Below are positions 42,152-59,100 of a stretch of 64,000 bases of DNA, one piece after another. Made by a program: the position numbers and the translations under genes. Positions within the stretch are counted from its first letter, which is position 1; every line of letters starts with the position of its first letter. The notes beneath the pieces are model-generated. The model ran no database searches. It was not told the origin of the DNA and was given only the letters and a program-made list of their open reading frames with translations. The stretch comes from Eledone cirrhosa (taxonomy: Eukaryota), in NCBI GenBank assembly GCA_964016885.1, contig OZ024754.1:8432001-8496000 (forward strand), written 5' to 3'.

Positions 42152-42429
42152 GTGATGATGAAGATCATTTTGTTTTTCCAAAAGGAAAAAAAAAAAATTT
42201 AAGAAATTATTTTCATGAAATTTATTATTAATATAATAAAAACTAAATAACAAACGAAAAAAAAATAAATAACTGCCTTCTGTGTTGTAACAAACAATAA
42301 AACAGGAATGAAGAAATGTTTTATTGAAAATACTGCGTAAAATCACACACATCTACACATGTAAACACAATTGTTAAAACACTAGTATGTATTTTGAGAG
42401 TCAACAGTAAACGTGATATATACACACAC

Positions 42430-45295
<2,866 letters not shown>

Positions 45296-45485
45296 CGCAT
45301 ATATATAGGTATATTTGTTATATATACCCAGCCATGTGAAAATCATTCCCTGTTGTGTCATCCTCGGCAATTCGGTATGTATGTGTGTATGTATATATAT
45401 GTGAGTATGTGTGTATGTGTGTATGTATATATATATATATGTGTGTGTATGTGTGTATATATATATATGTGTGTGTATGTGTGTA

Positions 45486-45557
<72 letters not shown>

Positions 45558-45558
45558 C

Positions 45559-45590
<32 letters not shown>

Positions 45591-46174
45591 TTGTGTGCAT
45601 ATACGACGGGCTTCCATACAGACTCCACCTGCTAAATTTCACTCGTAATGTATTGGCCAACCCCGAAGCCATAGTAGATAAAAAGACCATTACCCAAGTT
45701 GCTACGCAGTGGGTCTGAACCCGAAACCACGTGGTTGCGAAGTAAACTCCCCGGCCACACAGCCAGATATCAAGCTTAACTATACACAGCATTGTTAAAA
45801 GGTAACTCATCTGCCCGTGGTTCTTGAACTACCTTTTCTGGTGCCACCATACATCTAAAGAATCCCTATTCCACCTCATTGTAATATTTAAAATGTCCAA
45901 TCACAAGTAGTTCTGATAGATCCACAAGATCGAAGACCTCATCTACCTGCCGAGTGGAGTAGATTTCGTCAAATCGGACCAAGGAAATAATGTTTCCATT
46001 GGTCTTTCCGTTGCTAATACTATCTACAGGTCGCAACTCCTGGCAGACAGAGCGACGTGAAATAAAGTGTCTTGCTCAAGGGCACAACGCATCAACCGGT
46101 CAGAGAATTGAACTCGCAGCCTCACGATTGCTAATCCAACACCCTGACCTCTAAGCCACGCGAACATGTAATTG

Positions 46175-46835
46175 GATTAGCTGAATTGATAGAACGTCGG
46201 ATAAAGTGACTTGGCTGCTTATATTCTGAGTTCAAATCCCGCCAAGATCAACTTTGCTTTTCATCCTTGCGGATGTCGATAGAATAAAGTACCAGTCATG
46301 TACTGGGGGTCGATGTTATCGACTTCGTTTTCACTCAAATTTCTGGCCTTGTGCTTAAATTAGAAATCATTATTTTAAATGGCGGTGGATTGGCAGTATC
46401 GGTAGAGGGTCGGACGCTATGCTTTCCAGCACAGTTACGTCCCTTTACGATCTGAGTTCAAATCCCGCCGAGGTTGACTTTGCCTTTCATCCTTACGGGG
46501 TCGATAAAATAAAGTACCAGTAATGCACTGGGTAATTGCTGGCCTTGTGCCTAAAGTAGAAACAATTATTTTAAGAGTCGTTAGTGCGGTGGGAAAACAA
46601 TTCACGGCCTTGTGCTAATGCCATAAATTATTGCAGTAATGATGGTTTCTATTTTTGGCACAAGGCCAGCAATTATCCCAGTACATTACTGGTACTTTAT
46701 TTTATCGTCCCCGTAAGGATGAAACCGTACGGGCAAAACTAACCACGACGTGTTTTGAACTCAGAACATAAAGGGACGTAACTCTATGGTGCGTGACGTT
46801 GTCCGACACTCTACCAATATTGCCAATCCACCAGT
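46175..46835. mobile_element. SINE family A cluster (two plus, one minus)
   Basis: Shared core. Confidence 0.85.
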
Positions 46836-47216
46836 AATGTTGATGGGTAACCAAGGTATAAAGACTCAAACAGAACAACGGGTAGTATCAGATTTACATA
46901 TAAGCTAGGGTGGGTTGCAGTACAGTGACCCCATTTCAGAGAGGAAGAGTCTGTCTTGTTTTAAATATTGAAATAAGTATTAAAATATAGCTATGAAACG
47001 GGACATTATTGGTAGAATGTTCAATAATATAATTATTTGTAGAAATAAGTCACCATAATACTGATTATTACAATTATTGTTATTAAATACACTTCATTTT
47101 CTTTGGGTACCACCTGTTTTAGGGGTCGGCATATTTCGATCCTGGGATTTCTGCATCGTTATATGTGTAATACCTCGAATTTTCATTACCTTTTTTTTTT
47201 TTTTTTTAAGTGCAGG

Positions 47217-47912
47217 GCCTATAGCTGCAATAATCCAGTCGTTGGGTGGTAAAAGGTACAAACAAGTGCCGGGCCAGTAGCTACAATAATCTAGTCGTTG
47301 GGTAGTAAGAGGTACAAACAAGTGCATGGCCTATACCTGTCCTTGGGTGGTAAGAGGTACAAGTGCCGGGTCTATAGCTGCAATAATCCAGTCGTTGGGT
47401 AGTAAGAGGTACAAACAAGTGCCGAGTCTATAGCTGCAATAGTCCAGTCCTTGGGTGGCAAGAGGTACAAACAAGTGCCGAGTCTATAGCTGCAATAGTC
47501 CAGTCCTTGGGTGGCAAGAGGTACAAACAAGTGCCGAGTCTATAGCTGCAATAGTCCAGTCCTTGGGTGGCAAGAGGTACAAACAAGTGCCGAGTCTATA
47601 GCTGCAATAGTCCAGTCCTTGGGTGGCAAGAGGTACAAACAAGTGCCGAGTCTATAGCTGCAATAGTCCAGTCCTTGGGTGGCAAGAGGTACAAACAAGT
47701 GCCGAGTCTATAGCTGCAATAGTCCAGTCCTTGGGTGGCAAGAGGTACAAACAAGTGCCGAGTCTATAGCTGCAATAGTCCAGTCCTTGGGTGGTAAGAG
47801 GTACAAACAAGTGCCGGGTCTGTAGCTGCAATAACCCAGTCCTTGGGCGATAAGAGGTACAAGTCCCGGGTTTATAGCTCCAATAATCCAGTCATTGGGT
47901 GGTAAGAGGTAT
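47217..47912 (+). repeat. 56-bp tandem repeat, about 12 units
   Basis: TATAGCTGCAATAGTCCAGTCCTTGGGTGGCAAGAGGTACAAACAAGTGCCGAGTC; identical central units, diverged edges. Confidence 0.95.
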
Positions 47913-49219
47913 GACGAGTTATATCGATCCCAGTATTTGACTGGTATTTTGCTGGAAGACAAATCTGACGTCGGTGAAACTTAAACTCAGAACGTAAAGA
48001 GTTAAAGGGTCTCGAACTAAATACCACAAGGTATTACCCCCGTTACTCAACCTACTGTGTCAATTACAATAGATCTTCGTCGGTTTCGACGATGAGTGTC
48101 CTAGTTCTTCGATCACTGGAACTATCTGCTATTGAAATTAATGTACAGGTGGCTGAGCATTCTACATATGGCTGTACTTTTAATGTACTTCTCAACGATT
48201 CAATGTGGCAGTGTGTGATAAGACTGGACTGGCCATTGGAATTACAAGTACTTTCCATACGACATCAGATCTACATATAAGCTAGGGTGGGTTGCAGTAC
48301 AGTGACCCCATTTCAGAGAGGAAGAGTCTGTCTTGTTTTAAATATTGAAATAAGTATTAAAATATAGCTATGAAACGAGACATTATTGGTGGAATGTTCA
48401 ATAATATAATTATTTGTAGAAATAAGTCACCATAATACTGATTATTACAATTATTGTTATTAAATACACTTCGTTTTCTTTGGGTACCACCTGTTTTAGG
48501 GGTCGGCATCTTTCGATCCTGGGTGTTCTGCATCGTTGTGTGTAGAGCTACATTCATATATATGCATGCATGCATGTTACAGCTCACACCAATGCAGGTT
48601 TAGCTGGCCTCCCCCAAGGTATATCTCGTTGAAGGTATCTTGGGTGATTTAATGATAGGGACCCCAGTCCCTATCATCTCATTTTTACAGCTGAGTAAAC
48701 TGGAGCAACGTGAAATAAAGTGTCTTGCTCAAGGAAACAACACATCACCCGGTCCGAGAATTGAACTCACAACCTTTCGATTGCAAGCCCAATGCTCTAA
48801 CCCCTAAACCATGCGCCTTCACATATATACCTCATATATACATTCATATACCTCGAATGTTCATTACCTTTTTTTATAAACAAATGCAGTGTGGCAGTGT
48901 GTGATAAGACTGGCCATTGGATTTACAAGTACTTTCCATACGACGGACTTCTAAACAGTTTCCGTCTACCAATTTCACTCACAAACTACCAATTACATTA
49001 TCAATATTAACATTATTACTGTAGTCATTGACCAGCAACATGCAACATCTCTGAAAACAGGGATACGGTTTCGAAACCTTGGTTGCCAACATCTGACACC
49101 ATTTTTTGTGTCACAAATTGCGTGGGTAGGGGGGTGGGGATCATTAACCTAACACTTCTCAACACTCCAAAAATAGGGACTTGTTCCCACTGAATACGAA
49201 AGAAACGTTAAGATTTTAT

Positions 49220-49430
49220 TGCTGGGCTGGCAGAATCGATGGGGCGTCGGACATCCTGCTTTGGGGCACAGAGTTACGGCCCTTTCCGTTCTGTGTCCAA
49301 ATCCTGCCAAGGTTAGCATTGCCTTTCATCCTTACGGGGTCGATAAAATAAAGTACCAGGAATGCACTGGGGTCGATTTAATCGACTTCCCTTCCCCCAG
49401 AATTGCTGGCCTTGTGCCTAAATAAGAAAC

Positions 49431-49465
<35 letters not shown>

Positions 49466-49940
49466 GGGCGGTGGATTGGTAGTATCGGTAGAGGGTCAGA
49501 TTGCCATGCTTTGACGCATAGAGTTACGGCCCTTGCCATTCTGGGTTCAAATCCCGCCGAGGTTAACTTTGCCTTTCATCCTTACGGAGTCGATAAAATA
49601 AAGTACCAGTAATGCACTGGGGATTATGGCTGGCCTTGTTCCAAACGTAGAAACAATTATTATTAATCCATTTCTGGAGTCATTTAAACGACTTTTCCGT
49701 CTCCCAAAATTTACTGACTTTGTGACTAAATGAGAAACCATTATAATTATTAATTTTTACCATCATCATCATCATCAGTATTATTAAGGCCGAGGCTGGT
49801 GAAATCGTTGGAGCGTCAGAAAGAGTACCTTGTGGCATTTTAGTTGCGGTCCTTTGCGTTCTGAATTCAAAGCACGCAGAGTTCAACTTTGCCCTTCATC
49901 CTTCCAAGAGGTCGATAAATTAAAGTACCAGTCACGTACT
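49220..49940 (+). mobile_element. SINE family A cluster (three copies)
   Basis: Shared core. Confidence 0.8.
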
Positions 49941-50831
49941 GTGTGTCTGACCTATGCAGGTTTAGCTGGCCTCCTCCAAGGTATATCTCGTTGGAGGTGT
50001 CTTGGGTGATTTAATGATATGGACCCCAGTCCCTATCATCTCATTTCTACAGCTGAGTAAACTGGAGCAACGTAAAATAAAGTGTCTTGCTCAAGGAAAC
50101 AACACATCACCCGGTCCTAGAATTGAACTCACAACCTTTCGATTGCAAGCCCAATGCTCTAACCACTAAGCCATGCGCCTTCGCGTCATGTACTGGGGTA
50201 GATTTAATTCCCCTCCTCACACATTTGAATATCTGTTTCTTCTTTCCCCGAAATTATAATTCATTGTGAGATTCTATTTTTTACTTACTTGTTGATTTTT
50301 TTGTTGGTTTTTTGTTTTTGTTTTGGGGGATATTTTGGGCTTTTAGAATGAAATGAAAATATAAAAGTCACCCAACTCCATTCCACCCCAGATTTGCGCC
50401 TGTCCACCCTCCGAAAATTCCTCTATTCCCACATCCCTGTATCATGTTATAGTTATGCTGTAGAATACTCATCTCCGCCCCCCCCCCTCCCCAAATATAT
50501 ATACATATATATATGTGTGTGTGTGTAGAGATATATATATATATATATATAAATAAATATACACGGGTGTGTATGATTGTATATAGAAGATTATATTAAT
50601 AAAAGGAATTCCAACTTTGTCTGATTTACTCGTTTTATTTACAATCCTTTAAAATTATAATGATATTGTTCAATTGACACTTAACATTTAATATTCTACC
50701 ATACTATTTCATTATAATATCATTATAATTTTAAAAGATTGTAAATAAAACGAGTAAATCAGACAAAGTTGGAATTCCTTTTATTAATATATGTGTGTGT
50801 ATGTGTGTGTGTGTGTGTGTGTGTGTATAAA

Positions 50832-51035
50832 CACGAGGGAGTACTGAAAAAAGTTCCTGGCTTTGGGTAAAAGAAAATACAGGAGGATCAGTTAATTATG
50901 ATTTTATTCAAGATATTCCCCTCTCAGATTCACACACTTATTGCAGCGGTCCTTCTGTTTTTCTCAGCCCTGTATAAAGAACTCGGAAGGTCGGGTCCCC
51001 AAGCAGGCCTCTGTAGCAGCTTAGAGCTAAAAAAA
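50832..51035 (+). mobile_element. Mariner-like left-end fragment
   Basis: CACGAGGGAGTACTGAAAAAAGTTCC resembles mariner TIRs. Confidence 0.5.
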
Positions 51036-52122
51036 GATATTCAGCAACCCCTAGTATATATACACACATATAAAACAACAATAACAACAACAACAACAAC
51101 AACAATAATAATAATAATAATAATAACCGCGAAAGCTTTCTGAAGTCGAAGCATTTTTTTCCTCCACAAAAGTTCGATAGGGATAATTGAGATTCACTTG
51201 AAAAAAAATATTTTAAAAAATTATAAAAGAAAAGAAAAAAACTATTACAAAAAAAATGCCAAAAAACATTCATTTTTTTTTTTTTTTAAATGAATTATAT
51301 CATTTAAAATTTGGAATAAAAAAAAAATAATTATATCATTTGAAATTTGGAATAAAAAAAATAATTATATTTAAAATTTGGAATAAAAAAAATAATTATA
51401 TCATTTGAAATTTGAACGAAAAAAAAACATTGAAGAAAAATAAACCAAAACTAACAGACATGATATATTACTGGTACTAACAGGAAGAAAGATTATTCCA
51501 TTTGTTTTTGTTCTTGTTTATGTTGTGTTTTTTTTTTCCTGTGAGCAACATTTGATGGTCTTTCTTGTGTATACAGGAAATATTTGAAAAAAAAAAACGA
51601 AATAAATTACATGAACCCCTTTAAAAAAATGACCTTGGATTACATATGAACACAGATCAGATCACGTGACAAGCAGGAACAGATAATCCAGTGAAAAAAC
51701 ATATCTGTAATCATTTTTTTTTTTGTTATGGGTGTAAAGAATAAAAACGCATATTTAAAAATATTTCCTTCATTTTTATTTGCTATATATATATATGTGT
51801 GTGTGTGTGTCTATGTGTGTGTGTGTGATGTGTGTGGGTGGGTGGTGTGTGTCTGTGGGGTGCGTGGTGTGTGTGGGTGGTGTGTGTCTGTGTGTCTGTG
51901 TGTGTGTTTGTGTGTGTGTTTGTGTGTGTGTTTGTGTGTGTGTATCGGGGGGGGGTTATGTATATGTGTGTGTGTTTGGTGTGTGTGTGTGTATGTGTGT
52001 GTGTGTAGGTGTGTGCATATACGACGGGCTTCCATACAGTCTCCGCCTGCTAATTTTTTTTTTTGTTATGTGTGTAAAGAATAAATATGCATATTTAAAA
52101 ATATTTCCTTCATTTTTGTTTG

Positions 52123-52172
<50 letters not shown>

Positions 52173-52206
52173 GTGTGTGTGTGTATGTAAGTGTGTGTTT
52201 GTGTGT

Positions 52207-52344
<138 letters not shown>

Positions 52345-52434
52345 TGTGTGGTGTGTCTGTGTGTGTCTGTGTACGTAATATATAGCAACTGAAGTTTTCC
52401 TATACCACACGACACTGTTTTTACCTCCGCTCTC

Positions 52435-53389
52435 CAGACTTGCCAACCTCTAAAAACCCAAACGGGAAGTACCATGAAAAAAAGTGCCCCAAAACGGGGA
52501 GAAATTAGGCAAAATGGGGAGATTTTACATAATGAAAGCTATAGCCATTTTCACAAGAGAAAACATCTCTTACCCACCTCCAAGTGGTTGGGAGATCTCC
52601 CCGTCCGTTGAGGAGAGTTGACAGGTCTGCCATAGTTTCAAAATGAAACATCCACCTGCTGTTTCCGAAAATATCTCACCAACGACATCGTATCTGGTAC
52701 CCAAAGAAGCGCCCTCTTCACTCCAATCGGGGTGGAGATGGTTATCCGCAAGAACCATCCCCGTTGGGTGAACTGGCTCTTTCAACAGCACATTTCACTA
52801 GCCATTACTGTAGAGTGATTCACTCCCCATAAGCAGACGTGTCAACCTCCAAAAACCCCAACAGGGAGTATCATGAAAAAAGTACCCCAAAACGGGGGGA
52901 AATGAGACAAAATTGTGAGATTTTCCATAATGAAAGCTACACCCATTTTCACAAGAGAAGACATCTCTCACCCACCCCAAAGTGGGTGGGAGATCTCCCT
53001 GTCAGACGGGGAGAGTTGACAGGTCTGTAAATGTGACTATATGAAAAAGCAATCCACAAGTGAAGAACCATAGAACCAACTAACATCACCAACTCATCTC
53101 TCCTGCTACATCTACAATACATTCCAGGAGCTGGGATAAACAACCCAGCGAAACTAAAGTACCTGTATATGCCACTGTTGTAACTGATTATACCAGACCT
53201 GCTGACCTCTAAAAACCTAAACGGAGAGTACCATGAAAAAAAAGTACCCCAAAACGGGGAGAAATGAGGCAAAATGGGGAGATGTTCCATAATGAAAGCT
53301 GAACCCATTTTCACATGAGAAGACATCTCTCGCTCACCCCAAAGTGGGTGGGAGATCTCTTCGTCCGTCGGAGAGAGTTAACAGGTCTG
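52435..53389. mobile_element. Three MITE family M copies (52435-52629, 52834-53027, 53194-53389)
   Basis: TIRs and bodies match 2748-2945. Confidence 0.85.
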
Positions 53390-53529
53390 GTTCTCTCCTA
53401 ATTTAACTCTTTCCTGGTGAACGATTTACACACGATACGTTGAGATGTTCTTTTTCCCTCCCATTGCCACAAGCATGAAACTAATAACTGTGTGTAATTG
53501 TTCTGAGTTTATCATTTTATTTAAGCTTG

Positions 53530-53566
<37 letters not shown>

Positions 53567-53861
53567 TCTGTGTGTATCTGTGTGTCTGTATCTGTATGTG
53601 TGTGTCTGTATCTTTGTGTATCTGTGTGTGTCTGTATGTGTCTGTGTGTGTCTGTGTGTGTTTGTGTGTGTGTCTGTATCTGTGTGTGTGTGTCTGTATC
53701 TTTGTGTATCTGTGTGTGTCTGTGTGTGTCTGTGTCTGTGTGTGTCTGTGTCTGTCTGTCTCTGTGTGTCTCCGTGTGAGTCTGTGTGTGTGTCTGTCTC
53801 TGTGTGTCTCCGTGTGAGTCTGTGTGTGTCTGTGTGTCTCTATCTGTCTCTATCTGTCTCT

Positions 53862-53897
<36 letters not shown>

Positions 53898-54635
53898 CTG
53901 TATCTGTATGTGTGTGTGTGTCTCTGTGTCTCTATCTGTCTCTGTGTGTCTGTGTATGTGTCTCTGTGTCTCTATCTGTTTCTGTGTGTCTGTGTATGTG
54001 TCTCTGTGTCTCTGTGTCTCTATCTGTCTCTGTGTGTCTCTGTGTCTCTATCTGTCTCTGTGTGTCTGTGTGTCTCTGTGTCTGTGTGTGTGTCTGTATG
54101 TATCTGTGTGTGTCTGTGTGTGTGTCTGTGTGTGTGTCTGTGTGTGTGTCAGTGTGTGACTGTGTGTCTCTGTGTGTGTGTCTCTGTGTCCACACATGGA
54201 TCATAAATCTCCACGGAGTACTAAAGTTCAAATCCAGTGTCATTACTATATGTGTTGTAGTTTATCTTTAAAAATAATACATTTACGTCTTTATCTTATC
54301 TTTAATGGCCCTTGTTCACAACTATTTTTCCTACATCACATAAGAGCTGTCTTCTCCCATTTGAAATAATTATCTCTTCTCATTCAGTTATTTATGATAC
54401 TTTTTTCTGTTATTCTCTGACGTCAGCACCTTATTGCCTGTTGATTGGTTGAATAGATTCATAAGCAGACGACTTACGTCAAGCAATGTCAACGTTACGA
54501 AGAATATATGAGGGAAAAATATAATTACCTTGTTGTGTGCACTCAAACTTCCAGTATTTTTAGTTAAGATTATAGAATATAAGTGTCGTGTGTAAGGAGA
54601 TAGAAGATGCAATTTTTCACTCGATTTGATCATTC

Positions 54636-54717
<82 letters not shown>

Positions 54718-54983
54718 ATATATATATATGCATGCGTGCGTATACATGTTTATATATATATATATATGTATGTATATATATATATATATGTGTGTGTGTG
54801 TATATACATATTTGTATATGTATATATACATATTTATATATATGTGTGTGTGTGTATATATATTTTTTCATATATATATATACATATATATATATGTATA
54901 TATATATATATAAAAATATATGTATATATATATACATTCATATTTATATGTGTATATATACATATTTATATGTATATATACAT

Positions 54984-55069
<86 letters not shown>

Positions 55070-55361
55070 GCCATTGCAATAAATGGTGGGAGAAGAAATA
55101 AACACGTCCGCCACATTTGTAGATAAACTTAAGAAAATTAACCAAGAAGGACAAGACAACGGACGGAAACAAAACAAAACGAAAAGCAATTTTTCTAAGG
55201 GAAAACCTCAAGAAATTATTTGTTTAAAAATAAAAATACAAACGAAAGACACAAAACCCGATGGACTTGGGCAGTTTCGACCCCTACCAATGGTATTGCT
55301 GGTGCATGCGGGGTCACAGCGTCTGATATAAAGCAAACGCTGTCCAGTGGAGTAAGATAGG

Positions 55362-58300
55362 CGAGTGTGTAATGTATTTAGTGGGTGAGTGTGTAATGTA
55401 TTTAGTGTGTGAGTGTGTAATGTATTGAGTGTGTAGTGTATTTAGTGGGTGAGTGTGTAATGTATTGAGTGGGTGAGTGTGTAATGTATTTAGTGTGTGA
55501 GTGTGTAGTGTATTTAGTGGGTGTGTGTGTAATGTATTTAGTGGGTGAGTGTGTAATGTATTGAGTGTGTAGTGTATTTAGTGGGTGAGTGTGTAATGTA
55601 TTGAGTGTGTAGTGTATTTAGTGGGTGAGTGTGTAGTGTATTTAGTGGGTGAGTGTGTAATGTATTGAGTGGGTGAGTGTGTAATGTATTTAGTGGGTGA
55701 GTGTGTAGTGTATTTAGTGTGTGAGTGTGTAGTGTATTTAGTGGGTGAGTGTGTAATGTATTTAGTGGGTGAGTGTGTAGTGTATTTAGTGGGTGAGTGT
55801 GTAATGTATTGAGATGTGTAGTGTATTTAGTGGGTGAGTGTGTAATGTATTTAGTGTGTGAGTGTGTAATGTATTTAGTGGGTGAGTGTGTAATGTATTT
55901 AGTGGGTGAGTGTGTAGTGTATTTAGTGGGTGAGTGTGTAGTGTATTTAGTGGGTGAGTGTGTAGTGTATTTAGTGGGTGAGTGTGTAGTGTATTTAGTG
56001 GGTGAGTGTGTAGTGTATTTAGTGGGTGAGTGAGTAATGTATTTAGTGTGTGAGTGTGTAGTGTATTTAGTGGGTGAGTGTGTAATGTATTGAGTGTGTA
56101 GTGTATCTAGTGGGTGAGTGTGTAATGTATTTAGTGTGTGAGTGTGTAATGTATTTAGTGGGTGAGTGTGTAATGTATTTAGTGTGTGAGTGTGTAATGT
56201 ATTTAGTGGGTGAGTGTGTAATGTATTTAGTGTGTGAGTGTGTAATGTATTGAGTGTGTAGTGTATCTAGTGGGTGAGTGTGTAATGTATTTAGTGTGTG
56301 AGTGTGTAATGTATTTAGTGGGTGAGTGTGTAGTGTATTTAGTGGGTGAGTGTGTAATGTATTTAGTGGGTGAGTGTGTAGTGTATTTAGTGGGTGAGTG
56401 TGTAATGTATTTAGTGGGTGAGTGTGTAATGTATTTAGTGGGTGAGTGTGTAATGTATTTAGTGGGTGAGTGTGTAATGTATTTAGTGGGTGAGTGTGTA
56501 ATGTATTTAGTGGGTGAGTGTGTAGTGTATTTAGTGGGTGAGTGTGTAATGTATTTAGTGTGTGAGTGTGTAATGTATCTAGTGGGTGAGTGTGTAATGT
56601 ATTTAGTGGGTGAGTGTGTAGTGTATTTAGTGTGTGAGTGTGTAATGTATTTAGTGGGTGAGTGTGTAATGTATTTAGTGTGTGAGTGTGTAATGTATTT
56701 AGTGTGTGAGTGTGTAGTGTATTTAGTGTGTGAGTGTGTAGTGTATTTAGTGGGTGAGTGTGTAGTGTATTTAGTGGGTGAGTGTGTAATGTATTTAGTG
56801 TGTGAGTGTGTAATGTATTGAGTGTGTGAGTGTGTAGTGTATTTAGTGGGTGAGTGTGTAATGTATTTAGTGGGTGAGTGTGTAATGTATTTAGTGGGTG
56901 AGTGTGTAGTGTATTTAGTGGGTGAGTGTGTAATGTATTTAGTGTGTGAGTGTGTAATGTATTGAGTGTGTGAGTGTGTAGTGTATTTAGTGTGTGAGTG
57001 TGTAATGTATTTAGTGTGTGAGTGTGTAATGTATTCAGTGTGTGATTGTGTAGTGTATTTAGTGGGTGAGTGTGTAATGTATTTAGTGGGTGAGTGTGTA
57101 ATGTATTTAGTGGGTGAGAGTCTAGTGTATTTAGTGTGTGAGTGTGTAATGTATTTAGTGGGTGAGTGTGTAATGTATTTAGTGTGTGAGTGTGTGATGT
57201 ATTTAGTGTGTGAGTGTGTAGTGTATTTAGTGGGTGAGTGTGTAGTGTATTTAGTGGGTGAGTGTGTAGTGTATTTAGTGGGTGAGTGTGTAATGTATTG
57301 AGTGTGTAGTGTATTTAGTGGGTGAGTGAGTAATGTATTTAGTGGGTGAGTGTGTAGTGTATTTAGTGGGTGAGTGTGTAGTGTATTTAGTGGGTGAGTG
57401 TGTAATGTATTTAGTGGGTGAGTGTGTAATGTATTTAGTGTGTGAGTGTGTAATGTATTTAGTGTGTGAGTGTGTAGTGTATTTAGTGGGTGAGTGTGTA
57501 ATGTATTTAGTGGGTGAGTGTGTAATGTATTTAGTGGGTGAGTGTGTAGTGTATTTAGTGGGTGAGTGTGTAATGTATTTAGTGGGTGAGTGTGTAATGT
57601 ATTTAGTGGGTGAGTGTGTAGTGTATTTAGTGTGTGAGTGTGTAATGTATTTAGTGTGTGAGTGTGTAATGTATTTAGTGTGTGAGTGTGTAGTGTATTT
57701 AGTGGGTGAGTGTGTAATGTATTTAGTGGGTGAGTGTGTAGTGTATTTAGTGGGTGAGTGTGTAATGTATTTAGTGTGTGAGTGTGTAGTGTATTTAGTG
57801 GGTGAGTGTGTAATGTATTTAGTGTGTGAGTGTGTAGTGTATTTAGTGGGTGAGTGTGTAATGTATTTAGTGTGTGAGTGTGTAGTGTATTTAGTGGGTG
57901 AGTGTGTAGTGTATTTAGTGGGTGAGTGTGTAATGTATTGAGTGGGTGAGTGTGTAGTGTATTTAGTGGGTGAGTGTGTAATGTATTTAGTGGGTGGGTG
58001 TGTAGTGTATTTAGTGGGTGAGTGTGTAGTGTATTTAGTGTGTGAGTGTGTAGTGTATTTAGTGGGTGAGTGTGTAATGTATTTAGTGTGTGAGTGTGTA
58101 GTGTATTTAGTGGGTGAGTGTGTAATGTATTTAGTGGGTGAGTGTGTAATGTATTTAGTGTGTGAGTGTGTAGTGTATTTAGTGGGTGAGTGTGTAATGT
58201 ATTTAGTGTGTGAGTGTGTAATGTATTGAGTGTGTAGTGTATTTAGTGGGTGAGTGTGTAGTGTATTTAGTGGGTGAGTGTGTAGTGTATTTAGTGGGTG

Positions 58301-58792
58301 AGTGTGTAATGTATTTAGTGTGTGAGTGTGTGAGTGTGTAATGTATTTAGTGGGTGAGTGTGTAATGTATTTAGTGTGTGAGTGTGTAATGTATTTAGTG
58401 GGTGAGTGTGTAATGTATTTAGTGGGTGAGTGTGTAGTGTGTGAGTGTGTAATGTATTTAGTGGGTGAGTGTGTAGTGTATTTAGTGGGTGAGTGTGTAA
58501 TGTATTTAGTGTGTGAGTGTGTAATGTATTTAGTGGGTGAGTGTGTAGTGTGTGAGTGTGTAATGTATTTAGTGGGTGAGTGTGTAGTGTATTTAGTGGG
58601 TGAGTGTGTAATGTATTTAGTGGGTGAGTGTGTAGTGTATTTAGTGGGTGAGTGTGTAATGTATTTAATGGGTGAGTGTGTAGTGTATTTAGTGGGTGAG
58701 TGTGTAATGTATTTAGTGTGTGTGTGTGTTTAATGTATTTAGTGGTTCTGTAATGTATTTAGTGGGTGAGTGTGTAATGTATTTAGTGGGTG
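55362..58792 (+). repeat. 24-bp minisatellite GAGTGTGTA(A/G)TGTATTTAGTG(G/T)GT, ~3.4 kb
   Basis: Direct reading; produces the 8-aa GECVMYLV ORF periodicity. Confidence 0.97.
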
Positions 58793-58910
58793 ATGGATTT
58801 ACTTTTGTAAGCAGTGGATGATGGTGATGATGTCGGAATAGATATGAGAAAGAGGAGAAAAGGAGGTGCGGAAAGGGAAAAGAAAAGAGAAAAGGAAGTA
58901 AGAAGAAGTA

Positions 58911-58994
<84 letters not shown>

Positions 58995-59100
58995 AATGGA
59001 CGTGGTAAATACGGTGATGAGGAGAAGAAAAAGTAGTGAAATTGGGAGTTTGGTACGAATTACACCACCATTACAAATGATATAAAGTTTAGTGAACAGA

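Noticed and set aside
47217-47912. Possible CRISPR array
   Set aside because: Contiguous units with no unique spacers, no cas genes, and a eukaryotic context.
55362-58792. Telomeric array or a GECVMYLV repeat protein
   Set aside because: TTAGTGGG only resembles TTAGGG, and the ORFs are broken by stops and frameshifts.
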